Positions 10,851-21,962 of a stretch of DNA of 38,536 nt are shown here, in pieces. The notes beneath the pieces were generated by a model that had not been told where the DNA came from, did not search any database, and was given only the letters and a program-made list of their open reading frames with translations. Positions within the stretch are counted from its first letter, which is position 1; every line of letters begins with the position of its first letter. Position numbers and translations under genes: made by a program. Source of the stretch: Coniocarpon cinnabarinum (taxonomy: Eukaryota); the NCBI GenBank assembly GCA_051942205.1, contig JAVECO010000203.1, positions 1 through 38,536 on the forward strand, read 5' to 3'.

Positions 10851-12886
10851 TCACAGTCCTGAACCCTCTGGCAAATACAGCGCAGTTCGCTCAAAGTCCT
10901 TCCACGCTGAGCATTGATCCGCAAACTGCTCGGGAATGGCAATGTTTTGTTTGCTCTCGAGGAATTGCACGCCTAGTCCCTGGCTAATGTGCCACGCAAT
11001 GTGGCAATGGAACAACCATGCGCCAGGATTGTCCGTCTGAAAGGCGAGCACCAGCCAGCCTCCTGCAGGCAGCATTGTTGTGTCTCTGCGTGGCGGGTTG
11101 TTGAATTGCAGACTATCGAGATTTTTGCTGATGTCAAATGTCCCCAGACCGCTGCCGAGCTCGTAAAAATCGTGTCCATGGAGATGCATAGGGTGATAGA
11201 TGGACACCGGCCCACTCTCGACTTCCTGAATAATCCAATAAACCCAAATCTCGGGACAAGAGAGCTCGATGAGATTCTCCGTCGTGGGGTATGAGGTGTT
11301 GTCGGTCAACACGTACTCGAGGGTGGGGTTCTGCCACTGCACGTCGATTGCCGTAACATTAACACCCCAGACGACGATGTTCTGGTTTTGGGGGGCAATC
11401 CCAGACTTGCCGAGGTTTATATCAAGTGATCGCGCCTGTGATTTGAAGGCATCTTCGCTGCCAACGGTATTGGAGACGTAGGGAGTCAGAGTGCCAGGAG
11501 CGTCACAGCTCCCGCCCATGGCCGTGTCGGGAGACGTGGGCGTAGAGTCAGTGCCGCCCTCGTAGCGGACGATCGCTTGACCCTTTCCATTATTAGTGGA
11601 ATTACACGCTCGCTCGGCGACAACACGCATCCAGAAATTGCCATAGTGTTGCGTAGCGTTGATGAGAACGTCGTAACGTTGGCCAACGCCCAGCATGACG
11701 GAGTCAACAGCGTCAATCTAGTTAGCATTAAGTCAGCAAGAAATACAAGGACTCGATGCAAAGGGTGACGTAGCGTCAGCGGTAAGGGTGACAAATGCAT
11801 ATACAAGTGCGGGCGGGGAAGTGTGTTGCACTCACAGGCACGATTGGAACAAAATCTGATGTGATGACGAGCATCTGATGGTTGTCGATTGATACACGGA
11901 GAGCATTGTCAAGCCCTGTGTTAATTAAACGCAGACGATGTACCTTGTTAGGCGTAAGTGTGACGATATTATAAAGACCGCCATCGAGACCATTAGTCCC
12001 GTTGATAAGGACTGTATCAGGATCTGCTCCCTTCTGGGGTGGATTTGCTTGTAGGCTGAGATTCTGCTGCTGATCCTCTGTGAATGCCTCAGTATAGTAC
12101 CAATCTGAAACCGGCATTGGGCCTAAGTCGACATCATAATTGGCCGTAGCCGGGCCGTCAATGACGCTGCAGTTACGTAAGCAAGCGAAAGGCTCTCAGT
12201 CGGCCTCGAAAACCACTTACATCGGACCGACTACGCCATCGCCATATTGGGTGCTGTAGTGAGAGTGGTACCATGAGGTTCCAAACTGAGTAGCCTGAAA
12301 CTTGTAGCTCGCACTATGACCAGGCGCAATCGGACACTCTGTCAAACCGTTTGTGCCGTCCATACCATTAGTGTGGAGCTGTCTAATACCGTGCCAGTGA
12401 ATGCTGGTACCATTATTGGCAAGTCTGTTATGAACCGTCACAGAGATCATGTCACCCCACTCTTGGGACGCAGAAGTCAGCAATGAATTATATAGAGGCT
12501 TCTGGTAGCTTACCAGCTTTCAGGGTAGGACCGGGATACTGCCCATTGAGGAGAAGACACTCGCGAACGCCACGTCCGTCAAGGTCGCACGTGGCATTTT
12601 GTAATGTCCAATCGTAGAAGATTGTTTTGCCAGTGCTTGGCCACCTCTTGTCAAAATCAGTCGCAACGCTATATCCGTCACTCCAACAAGCACGGGTATT
12701 GGGTCCGTGGGTGCAAGTAGTAGTAGAGGCCGATAAAGTCGCTGGTATGAGTGTCGAGTCCAGGTCTGCTGTATCAGAGACTACATGCCCTGCTATGAGA
12801 GTGCCAAAACCGGGGCTCTCAAGGTCAGCGCCTCCTAGGCCTGTCAAGGCTAGCAGGCCACCAAGGTATTTCAGTGAGTGCAACAT
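10851..12886 (-). CDS. Secreted ascomycete laccase / multicopper oxidase (AA1), 603 aa, 4 exons: 12886-12514, 12461-12221, 12166-11836, 11717-10851
   Basis: Signal-like N-terminus [19 protein letters not shown]. All four copper motifs are present: [17 protein letters not shown] and [13 protein letters not shown]-terminus is GSGL. Three GT-AG introns (52, 54, 118 bp) splice to one open 1812-nt frame. Confidence 0.95.
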
Positions 12887-13916
12887 AGTTGATCGAGCTA
12901 TTTGCAGATCAGCGACGGTCGAGATGTAAAATTCGAAGGTCAGGAATAATTGGTTCGTCCCAAAAAGCACAAGTGTTGAGTAAACTCACGATACCCACTG
13001 AAGAGATGAATTTCGTGAGCAGGAAGAGAGGATCAGACGAGCAAAGCTTTTGAAATGATTGCAGAAGCATCTGCCTAAAATGGGTGACTAAAGAGCGATC
13101 AGCTGAAGCAGAATCAAGGCGGTTTGCATCATACCAGGCAGGCTGTCTTTGTAGATCAGGGATGAGCGCTGAGACATCGCTGCCAGGCGTTCGTACAGCT
13201 ACTGGTAAATACACTGCAGTAAATCGCAACCATGCAGCCGAACGGTCGCAGTTCGTCTCACCAAAGGGCCAATGTGACCCAGAAGAGACTACCAGGGTCC
13301 TGTGCGTGAGCTCTGCTTCATATCTGAGGAACACAGCACACGAATCGTTTATTTGTGTGAGCGCAAGCGTTGAATGTTTGCACTCTGTGGGGCTACCCTG
13401 AAGGGAAATCATGTTGAGGAGGATGCGCCAGATCCAGAGGAAGTTTCCATCCGAAGATTGCCGTGAACTGATAGATGCGGGTAACAACATCGACACTGAA
13501 TTCTGGCCTGTCACGTAGATTCCGTTGGCCGGTCTCTGTTTGTTGTTTTAGGCTATACCTGGTCAGCTGAGCCAAATCTGGGCGCATTTTGAAATGTCCT
13601 TTATAGACTAAGATCACTTCTCATCATCCTCAAACGCACGTCCGTCTCACGTTCACCTTAGACTGGTAGATGAAAAAGTCCAACGGCGGTGGTCTCACCA
13701 CTCTTCCCGCAAAGTCCAGCACGCCTCCTTGTCCAGATCTGTTCAGCCTTTGCTATACCTGTAGTCATCTCCAACCAAGTTCAGGCGTGTAGGATGTCAG
13801 CAAACGGAGTCGCCTACAGTTCCTCATAGTTGAACATCCGCGCGCACGATCAAAGACCAAAGATCACGTGTGTCTTTCTCATCTATCATTGGGGCCGAAT
13901 TCCTTTGATGTATGTC

Positions 13917-14077
13917 TGTTGGAAATTGGGTCACGTGCAGGAACTACTGTGAGTGGTAGGAGATGAGAGAGTACCCCGCAGGGTAACCCCTCCTCCAGGG
14001 GCTCTCACACTTCTCACCATCTTCAAAATAGTTGAAAAAAAAAGAACAACTCATTCATCACATCATCATTTGTAACA
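13917..14077 (+). repeat. Solo LTR (161 bp) of the same Copia family, inverted relative to the full element
   Basis: TGTTGGAAAT...TTTGTAACA, the reverse complement of 10207-10355. Flanks ATGTC/ACTGG do not match, and no PBS or PPT is adjacent. Confidence 0.95.
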
Positions 14078-14230
14078 ACTGGAGAGTTCAATAATTAGTA
14101 ACGGTGAAAGTCAACGAGCTTGAACGCCGCATATGAAAAGGCGGCGTCAGCGCACCTACAGGAGATTTCTCGAGTCTCCCCCGAGCGTGACTAGCGGGTT
14201 CATCCAGCAGCCGCGCCGCATAGTCCAACA

Positions 14231-16056
14231 TTGGACCCGTGTCTTGTCTACACACTCTGCCTTGCGAGTAGTCCGACGGCGCTGTTACTCCACCAATCAG
14301 GCAATGTGATGGGTCAATGGGCCTACCAAATGTATGCGCGGATCTTGCGTAAGCGCCTAACTTATCCGCTGTTGTTCCGTCGACTGTCCGGATCTATGAG
14401 CGTCACACGACTCGACTGCGTCTTTGTCGTCGCCGCTGTTGCAGTTAAAACCTCCTGTATCGCACTAGGAGTCCACGATCGGAACGGCCTGAGCCTTCGC
14501 GCCGCACAGCTCTGTGCGATTAACCTGTGCGCACTGTGCGCACTGTACGCCGGCAGCCGGACAAACGTGGTGCTCGATCGCGTGTTTCACGTTCCACTGC
14601 AGCGGTTTCAGCTACTTCATCGGTGGCTAGGACGCATTTGTGCTCTCGAGGGAGTTTTATACGCCGTCTTAGTCCTCTCAACGTCGACACAAGGTCGGCA
14701 GAGGCTGGGCTCGCCGGTCTGATGGATTGTCACTACTTTTTCGGCACTACAATTAGCTAACAAATTCTCTAGCTGCTTGTCACGCTTTGTGTGCTGACTA
14801 TCTGCTCGCTCTTTCCCGTCCGGAGGTGGGCATTCGAAGCTTTTCTGAAAACTCACCAGGTCCTTGCGGCGGCCATCCTCGCTTTGCTCTGGTTTCACGT
14901 GTGGGGTAATGGCGGCGTCGGTTTTAGGGCGACCGTCGCCGCCACGGCTCTCTGGAGGAGTCACACCCTACTCTGGCTACCACTGCTCGTGTATCGCAAT
15001 TGGGGATCGAGGGCAAACCGACTAATCTCTCGGAGTGTGGGGAGCGGGGCGCGCCTCGTATCTGTCCATCTGCGGCGTCCTCTGCGCGTGCGGTCTCGAC
15101 AATACGTGTATCTGACGGTGCCGCGGCTTGCTGCCCGTTCATATGGACTCCCACAGGCGCACCCTTACTACATTGTCCGATCCGACGCTGTCGATGAGAG
15201 CGCCTCAACGCAGCGCAGGCAGGGTTCAGTCGTGAGCTGGGGCTTGCTGAGGGTCACACCGTCTGGGTCGATGGCCCTTACGGTGGCGGAGACTACTCGG
15301 AGTTTGACAAAGTGATAATGTTTGCCAGCGATATCGGCATCACAGCCTTTGTGCTCTCCATCCGCAATCTTATCCACGCTCACGCCCGCAAGAAGGCCCG
15401 CGTGCGGCGCATCGTGCTGATTTGGCTGCTAAACACAGAAGGTACGTTTAACCCATTCGTGCTCACTAGACTACGGTAACGATACGCTGATGTGCAACTA
15501 GTCAGATAAGGGTCAATGGGCCGAGGAGCTCCTCTTAGAGCTCATCAGCCTCGATCAGGGTCGCTGCACGGTCTCCTCGACGTACGGCCTAGATCCCAGC
15601 GATAGCGAGCTCTGCCGCTTTATTCAAGATGATCCGGCGCACATCCGCTTCGGTGGGCGTCACAAACTCGACATGACTGCTATGTTGGACATAGAGTAGA
15701 GGGGCAACGCCGGGTCCATGGCTGTGTCTGGTAAGTGTCATTAGATCTCTAGCACTCGCAGGTTTGCAGCTAACCTTTCGGTTTGCGGCCCACCCATGTT
15801 TGAAGAGCAGGTGCGCTACGCCGTGTCTCAGTATCCGCCGGATATGTCCCTTGATGGAGCAGACTTCGTACTCGAAGAGACGGCGCACACCCGCGCCGTT
15901 CGAAGCCGATACTATTACGGTACTCAACGGACAGTCGAGCAGACGCCGTTGTCGCTCGATCTGTCCAGGGAAGAATCGGTACCGCTCTCGCAGATAGGAA
16001 CGGCGTTGGGACATACAAATAATTTAGAAGAGACTTTGGTAGATCATAAGCAATAA
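14231..16056 (+). pseudogene. Ferric reductase / NADPH-oxidase-like transmembrane protein (FRE), disrupted
   Basis: Motifs LLHRWLGR, FEAFLKTHQ, QYVYL, QAHPYYI, VWVDGPYG, VIMFASDIGIT, RRIVLIW and VCGP. Lesions: no ATG at the expected start (CAACATTGGAC), deletion/frameshift near 15210, in-frame TAG at 15697-15699, and last intron acceptor reading GG (15780-15781). Confidence 0.9.
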
Positions 16057-16248
16057 AATAAGCGTCTTGCGTAATTTGCTGCATCCCTTTGGACTATCTC
16101 ACCACGTGACTCAGCCCTGCCAAGATATACTACGTGACCCACTCACATATGTTAGTTCGTCAAATAATCAGATGGCTCCTTCTTTACAACACACAAATCA
16201 ATGACTACTTCCGCTACTCGAATCCTGATATGCCGACAACCATCTATC

Positions 16249-16826
16249 TCACGACTTATCGATTTTGCCATATACATCTTCCGCACCCTTGACAACACTA
16301 TCTCCCTCCTTAGCCTCCTTTTGCTTCTCCTCTTGTGCTTCTTTATTATTTTGTTTATCACCCTCCTTCGCTGTACCTGATTTCTTTCGGCCTTGATTAT
16401 CAGCACTAGAGAGGTCTCGGATAGTAGCAGGGGTGAGAATGTCTGGGAGTGGATAGCTTTTCTTCTAAGCACACAGCATTAGCAAATGAGCAACTGTAGG
16501 CGTGAGTACAACATCAAACTAACCACATCCGCGAGACTTGGTGGCTATGACCGTCGATCAACGACAGAGGTGTAGACATAGTAACGATTGTTCTGAGAGA
16601 TGAGCAGGAACGTGTCTGTTCCACACACGTCGTGCAACTCGTGCGTTTTGCGCGAGAAGCACTTTCGGCGCCGATGGGACTTCGCCGAGGCGCGCCGCTG
16701 ATCTAGCCGCTCCTCTGCGGCTACTCGGTTCGCTCCACCATCCGCACCTGATCGTTCCTGTACCTTGTTCGTTGTCGCGCTTAGCTCTTCCGTCTGATCA
16801 GCCATGTTTCTGTAGGGACAATCCAT
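16249..16826 (-). pseudogene. Small MADS-box/SRF-like protein, 2 exons (16826-16524, 16464-16249), one nonsense mutation
   Basis: RRRKCFSRKTHELHDVCGTDTFLLISQNNRYYVYTS resembles the SRF domain. It continues RRS*PPSLADV (TAG at 16545-16547 where WPPS is expected), a GTTAGT..GCTAAT..TAG intron, then KKSYPLPDILTP. Confidence 0.8.
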
Positions 16827-17216
16827 GAAGCGGCGTGTTGCTCACGGACCGGGTTCATGCATTGTGTTGTGAGGAACTCGGCGGATACTATTGATTGAGC
16901 ACTACTACTTGCCTTGCTAACTACAGTAGAAAGACACCCTGCCTTTGTAATCATCTTGCTCGGTCATCTTCCTACTGTTAGGCCTCAATCAGGCCTCTAT
17001 CACACGCCTCACCCAAGCGATGAGGGAGTATTTACAACATATTGTTTCCATGATCATGATCTTGCGTATTGAATGCGGCTGCATTGCCAGTCATTGGTTA
17101 CCTGATTTAAGGCCCGGAATGCTTGAGATTGAATGACGGCTGTGGAAGACTAGGATGTTGCTATGAGTTAAGCTGATGAGTCTGTTTGGACTACAGACTT
17201 GGAGATTCTTACGATT

Positions 17217-18866
17217 CTAGGTACTCCTGGCCTTCTTGCCTCCTTCAAACACTTTGATTTCTTTCTGATCCCTTGAGGATGATACTGCTTAGAGTACATA
17301 TTTACGTAGAGGACCTTAGTTTACACTCTTATCGATATCTTCGTCATGATTGCCCCAAACCTTATAAAGTTTGCTCGTTACTAGCTGCTTTACTTCTCTC
17401 CTAATAGCACGGGCACCGAGCTAAGGCGGATAGCTATGCTTTGATATAATCGCACAAATCTCTTCGTCTTTCTCAATCCGCAGATAGGTATAGCCGATCA
17501 GGTCGTTCAATCTTTTGCAGACTGGTTTAAGGACGCAATCGGAGAGCTGTATGAGGAAAGTATGTGCCACAAAGGCTTGTTCGCCTTTGCTGAATGGAAG
17601 GAATGGCATAATAACACTACATCGGCTTAAAAGTGCGGCTCTAAAATACCCGACAAAATCGCTATACAACGCTTACGAAAGACCCTCAAGGCTCGTCTAG
17701 GCAAGTTCTCTATCGCTCTTTTGACCGAACTTGCTATTATACTAACGTTAGATAATGTCCGACCCTTGATTCGTGCCCATAACAAAGATGGTTTTCTTTA
17801 TACTGACTTTCCTACCTCCTTTAGTACGGTTAGTGTACGTTCTAGAATCAATAATGCGAAGAAGCGCTAGGCGAGCATCTGTACCCATCTTTTTAACTTC
17901 GTTAAGAAAGACGATACTACGTTGTCTAGTATAGAGTACAAGGTAATTATTAAATTTTGAGCCTTCTAAAGAAACTTCGAATCCCCTCGTGCAGCTAATC
18001 AGCTCTTCCGCTCGATTGATAGGCGAATAATCAATAACAGTTAATTCTACACTAAGCAGCCTGCCAAGCCGTTCTACCAGTACAGTCTTGCTATAGCCGG
18101 GGGGTCCAGCGAAAAACATTACTAGTAGACGATTATCTTTGCCGACTATGTGCGAGAATAGCTTGCGCACTACAAGTTTTATAGTAGGACCTTGTCTAAT
18201 AAGCTGATATAGCATCTGTAGTAGACCTAAAATCTAATGTAGCTTAGAGGCTTGAAGCTTATGCTTCGCTAGAGGTTTCTCTATAGACGCAATCTAAAGA
18301 TTGTAACGGTGCGAGAGCGTTATCCTTAATATAAGACGCTCGCGAAAGTCAGCAGTATACCACAGAGAGGCGCAAGATAATTTAGCAGACGAAGTAGCTT
18401 TTAGGCGGGTTGCGTACTCTATCCACATAACGGCCAGGATGCATAGTAGGTCGGTACCATAGGCGAGCAAAGTCTTAAAAACCTCTAGACTGTTCTATAA
18501 AGCTTCGACTCTATGAATAATAGTCTAGGCAAGAGCTGGTATGCTTTTGTAACGCGTATGTACACGAGCACCAGATGGATAGTCTAAGTAATCCATTAAC
18601 TTGATTATAAGTTTAACGTCGTTTCTTTCGATAGCACAAAAGAGGGCTGGAATATCTCCGTTAACGAATGTGTTTTTTAATTTGTGCGCAATATCTTGAC
18701 AACCAAAGCTGTTAAGGTATGCTCGCACTTCTTTCGAAGAATATGTCTAAAGGGCAGTCGCCAGAGTCTTGGTTGAAGAGTCTGCTATATGTGCTTTTTC
18801 AATAGCAGTGTGTAGGCTGTAATCGTTCGATTGAAACTGTAGTAGTCGGGGAAGTGAAACAGACAT
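17217..18866 (-). pseudogene. ClpB-like single-domain AAA+ ATPase with an ankyrin-like N-terminal segment, RIP-inactivated
   Basis: PALFCAIERNDVKLI (ankyrin-like), LVMFFAGPPGYSKT (Walker A), IVFLNEVKK (Walker B, DE>NE), KTIFVMGTN and LGARAI. Numerous in-frame TAA/TAG codons at CAA/CAG/TGG-type positions. Confidence 0.85.
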
Positions 18867-19499
18867 CTCTGCTGTCTGCAGGATCTCTCTATGGAAACAG
18901 CTGTTTGTAACTTGAAGTTTAAGAAAACTTTCGCGACAAGTCGAGTGTTCATTTTCTTTTACCCGCAAATTTTTAAAAAGCGCTCATAAAGGTGAAGGTG
19001 AAGGTAGAGGTGGATAGTAGTAAGAAGAAGTAATAGCGTATTGTGAAAAAGAGACGCGTCTTACTGCTCGCGCAGCAAGAGTCGTAATATATTTGCACTT
19101 ACAACATAGCGTACAAGCACAACATCATTCTCAGGCTTGTGACAAGAGAAGTCTACACTCTTGTGGTCTTATGCCTACCATACAAGTAATAGATAAACTC
19201 GAATATTACTTGACAGTTTGTTGTAGAGGTGAAGCTGTGACCTGGAGTCGCGTCTAGTTTTAGTATTTGACTTTCTTTCCTTTCATGCTCATCTTCTACT
19301 CACTGCCAGACCTTGATCTGACAAGTCGATCTCGAAGCCTATCAAGAAACAGATTTGTGGACTCGCAGCACTGCTTAAGGCGCGTGCACTGCGCGATGGA
19401 TTTGCCCGTCAAGGCCGGCGTAATGCATCGTGCGAACGTGGATTTCATTCTGCTTCTTATCCCACTTGAGCTAAATCCCAAAAGACGTGATTAGAAGTG

Positions 19500-20895
19500 A
19501 GTTGGGAGCATTATCCTTAACAAGCTCACCAGCACAGTTCCGTGGGCGAAAGCGGAAGCAGCCTGGCTCTGAGCAGAACTATTCACACAATCCACAACCA
19601 AAGAAGATACGATCTCAGAATACCCCGACCTAAGCAGAGCAATACTCGAATGATTAAGTTGCCTCATAGGCTGCGACTAGACAATAGCCAAAAGACTTCG
19701 CTAATCAAGTGAATGTAATAAGTGAGCCGCTAAACAAGCGAAGGAGGGAGTCTACGCATCGTTCAGTGCGCCTAGATCGGCTGTCGAAGCATAGCGTCTT
19801 TATAAAATCGTCAAGCCTACTACAGAAATCCAGCAAAGATTCCGTACATCGACTTATAACAGGCGATCGCGATCCTGCGAAACACTGCTCCTTTCCTCTT
19901 AATCAAGTTTCTTCGGTACTTGAGCGGGTCCAATCGTTAAACGAGAGCAGAATCCAAAGAGATGTCACACCTTTGATCGTTCTACCAGCGGAAGTTCTTT
20001 ATTACTGCGGTGAGCTAGATTAAGACTTTATCGGCGATAAGATTAACGCCGAATAGATTCGTTGTTTACCTATAGGTGGCAGTAGTCCTAAACCCGACTA
20101 TACCGCGGGAATTATACTAAAGGCTTTTACCGCGGAAGAGCAGAAGCAACTAAAGTGCTATGCGTCACTAATGCGACCTTTCTTATTTACCCCGGAGCTA
20201 GCCTTTCCCTTTCTTATATGCGAGGCTAAGACTAGAGAGCGCAGCATAAATAAAGCAGATCGATAGAATGTATATAGTGTAGCTATCGAGGTAAAGGCGA
20301 TTGTTAAGCTCTATCAGGAAGCATTTAAAGAGTCCGGCCTAACACGGATTCAAGATCTCTACGGTAAAATTCTGGTATACACAGTCTCCTATGACAATGA
20401 TCGAGCGAGCGTATATAGCCATTTTGTCTTAACGTCTAATAAGTCGAACAACGAGCTAGAGTTCTATCGTTATTAATTTGCATTAACTAGACTAACCCTG
20501 TACGATGGCAAGAATAGGTATAGAGTATATAACGTGGTTTAAAACATATACGGAAGCTTTGCTCGGGAACGCTTCGAGAGAATAAAAGACGCTGCAAAGT
20601 TACTGTAAAAGCCCAGCGAGCAGACCGCAGTGTCGTTTGGTGCATCAGCGTTAGCTCTTAAAGAAAATGACTCGCAGCAAAGCTCTCAGGACGATAATGC
20701 CGTCTTTTAGAAGCCAGGAATCCTTCCTAATGGTGTGCATATTGAAGAAACATTTAGGTCAAGAGAACTTGTGTAGTTGCAAAGGAGCAAATAAACGTAT
20801 TTTTGCAGCAGTTAGAGGCTCAGCCACAAAATAGTCGGCAGCAGATGCAGCAACAAGATCAGATAATCGCCTTGCTGACACAGCAGAATACTTAG
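19500..20895 (+). pseudogene. Fungal DUF7924-like protein (PKPD...FPFL.CE.K...ADRQN family), RIP-inactivated; start uncertain
   Basis: A long frame reads NESRIQRDVTPLIV..AE, PKPDYTAG, FPFLICEAK, INKADR*N, KAIVKLY, VYTVSYDN, VYSHF, FYRY, with scattered TAA/TAG. It ends in a Q-rich coiled-coil tail stopping at 20895. Confidence 0.75.
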
Positions 20896-21962
20896 GCAGT
20901 TGAGGACTGCTCTAGTCTTGGCTCTGATTCCACCACTTCTTTCAGGGGACGGAATCCTTTACCGACGACCTCCACCGCTTCTCCAACAAGACGTAATCAC
21001 TTGCACATTTAAGAAAAACAGTCGACCACACACACCCCTGCTGGAGCTCCAGTGGGTTGACTTTCTCCAAAATCTTTCTGTACAGGACACCGTATCTAGA
21101 GCCACTCTAGTAGCCAACATTGCAATGTCCACACTATGAACAGTCCTTGTTTCACAGCGTCCCATTAGACTTGACGTCACTTCTTATATGTACCGCTAGC
21201 TTTCTTGATAAAGAGAGCATTTTGAAAGGCAGGCTTTGAGATGTCTCGTACTGGCTTTCCAATGTAAAAAAAACTGTTCCCCAAAGTCTGCTAGAACGAC
21301 CGTCACTAGCTCCTTAATTCACGGATCCGCATGCGCATGCATCCGCGGGTCCTTGTATTGTCGTTGATTGCCAAGAACCTTGCTAAGAAGCGGTTGCAGC
21401 TGCTGTAACTGCATTTTGGAGTTATACGCTCTGCGCAACAGGGTAGTAGGAATTAATAGTAGTATGCTTCTTTGACTTAATAATCTGACACCGGTGCACT
21501 GTCAATAGCTAGTAATGCTCTTATGCTAATGTATCGGAAGGCAAGAATGGGTCGACCACAAATCAGACGGCGTCCTCTACCACGCCCAAAGTCTGCATAG
21601 CGGGTGTATGAAGCGCTAATTAGCATAAAAGAACAAGACGTGCTTCTCGCAGACTCGAATGCGAGTTGGTCTGCTTTATTGTTTTACTTTGTGTGGAAGG
21701 CATTGATCAGTCAATGCCTTCTAGTCTAGGAAGGATAATATGGCTTGTGCCTTAACAGTGAGATTACGTATATCTTCTATGATTGTGGGTCATGCGAAGA
21801 GCCTTGCTTAGGGCTGACCTGCTTTCGCTTTTGCCTGCGCAAGTGAGCTGGCGACTTAGTGGAAGATAGTGAAGGTAGAAACGAGAGTCGGCCCATCGTC
21901 TCAACGGGAGGTGCTTTTGCCTTGAGTTGGCTCATCAATCATTCTACCGCTTTGCAATTATT

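Noticed and set aside
12887..12970. Longer laccase N-terminus given by the ORF track
   Set aside because: It starts at a non-ATG codon. The ATG at 12886 is directly followed by a signal-peptide-like stretch.
12909..13514. 201-aa minus-strand ORF upstream of the laccase
   Set aside because: It has a non-ATG start and no recognisable motif, and it overlaps the laccase promoter/5' UTR.
10207..14077. Inverted repeats as TIRs of a DNA transposon carrying the laccase
   Set aside because: The repeats are Copia LTRs. The left one belongs to an element with its own TSD, no outer TSD exists and there is no transposase.
16152..16472. Basic 106-aa minus-strand ORF
   Set aside because: It is an off-frame reading of exon 2 of the MADS-like gene.
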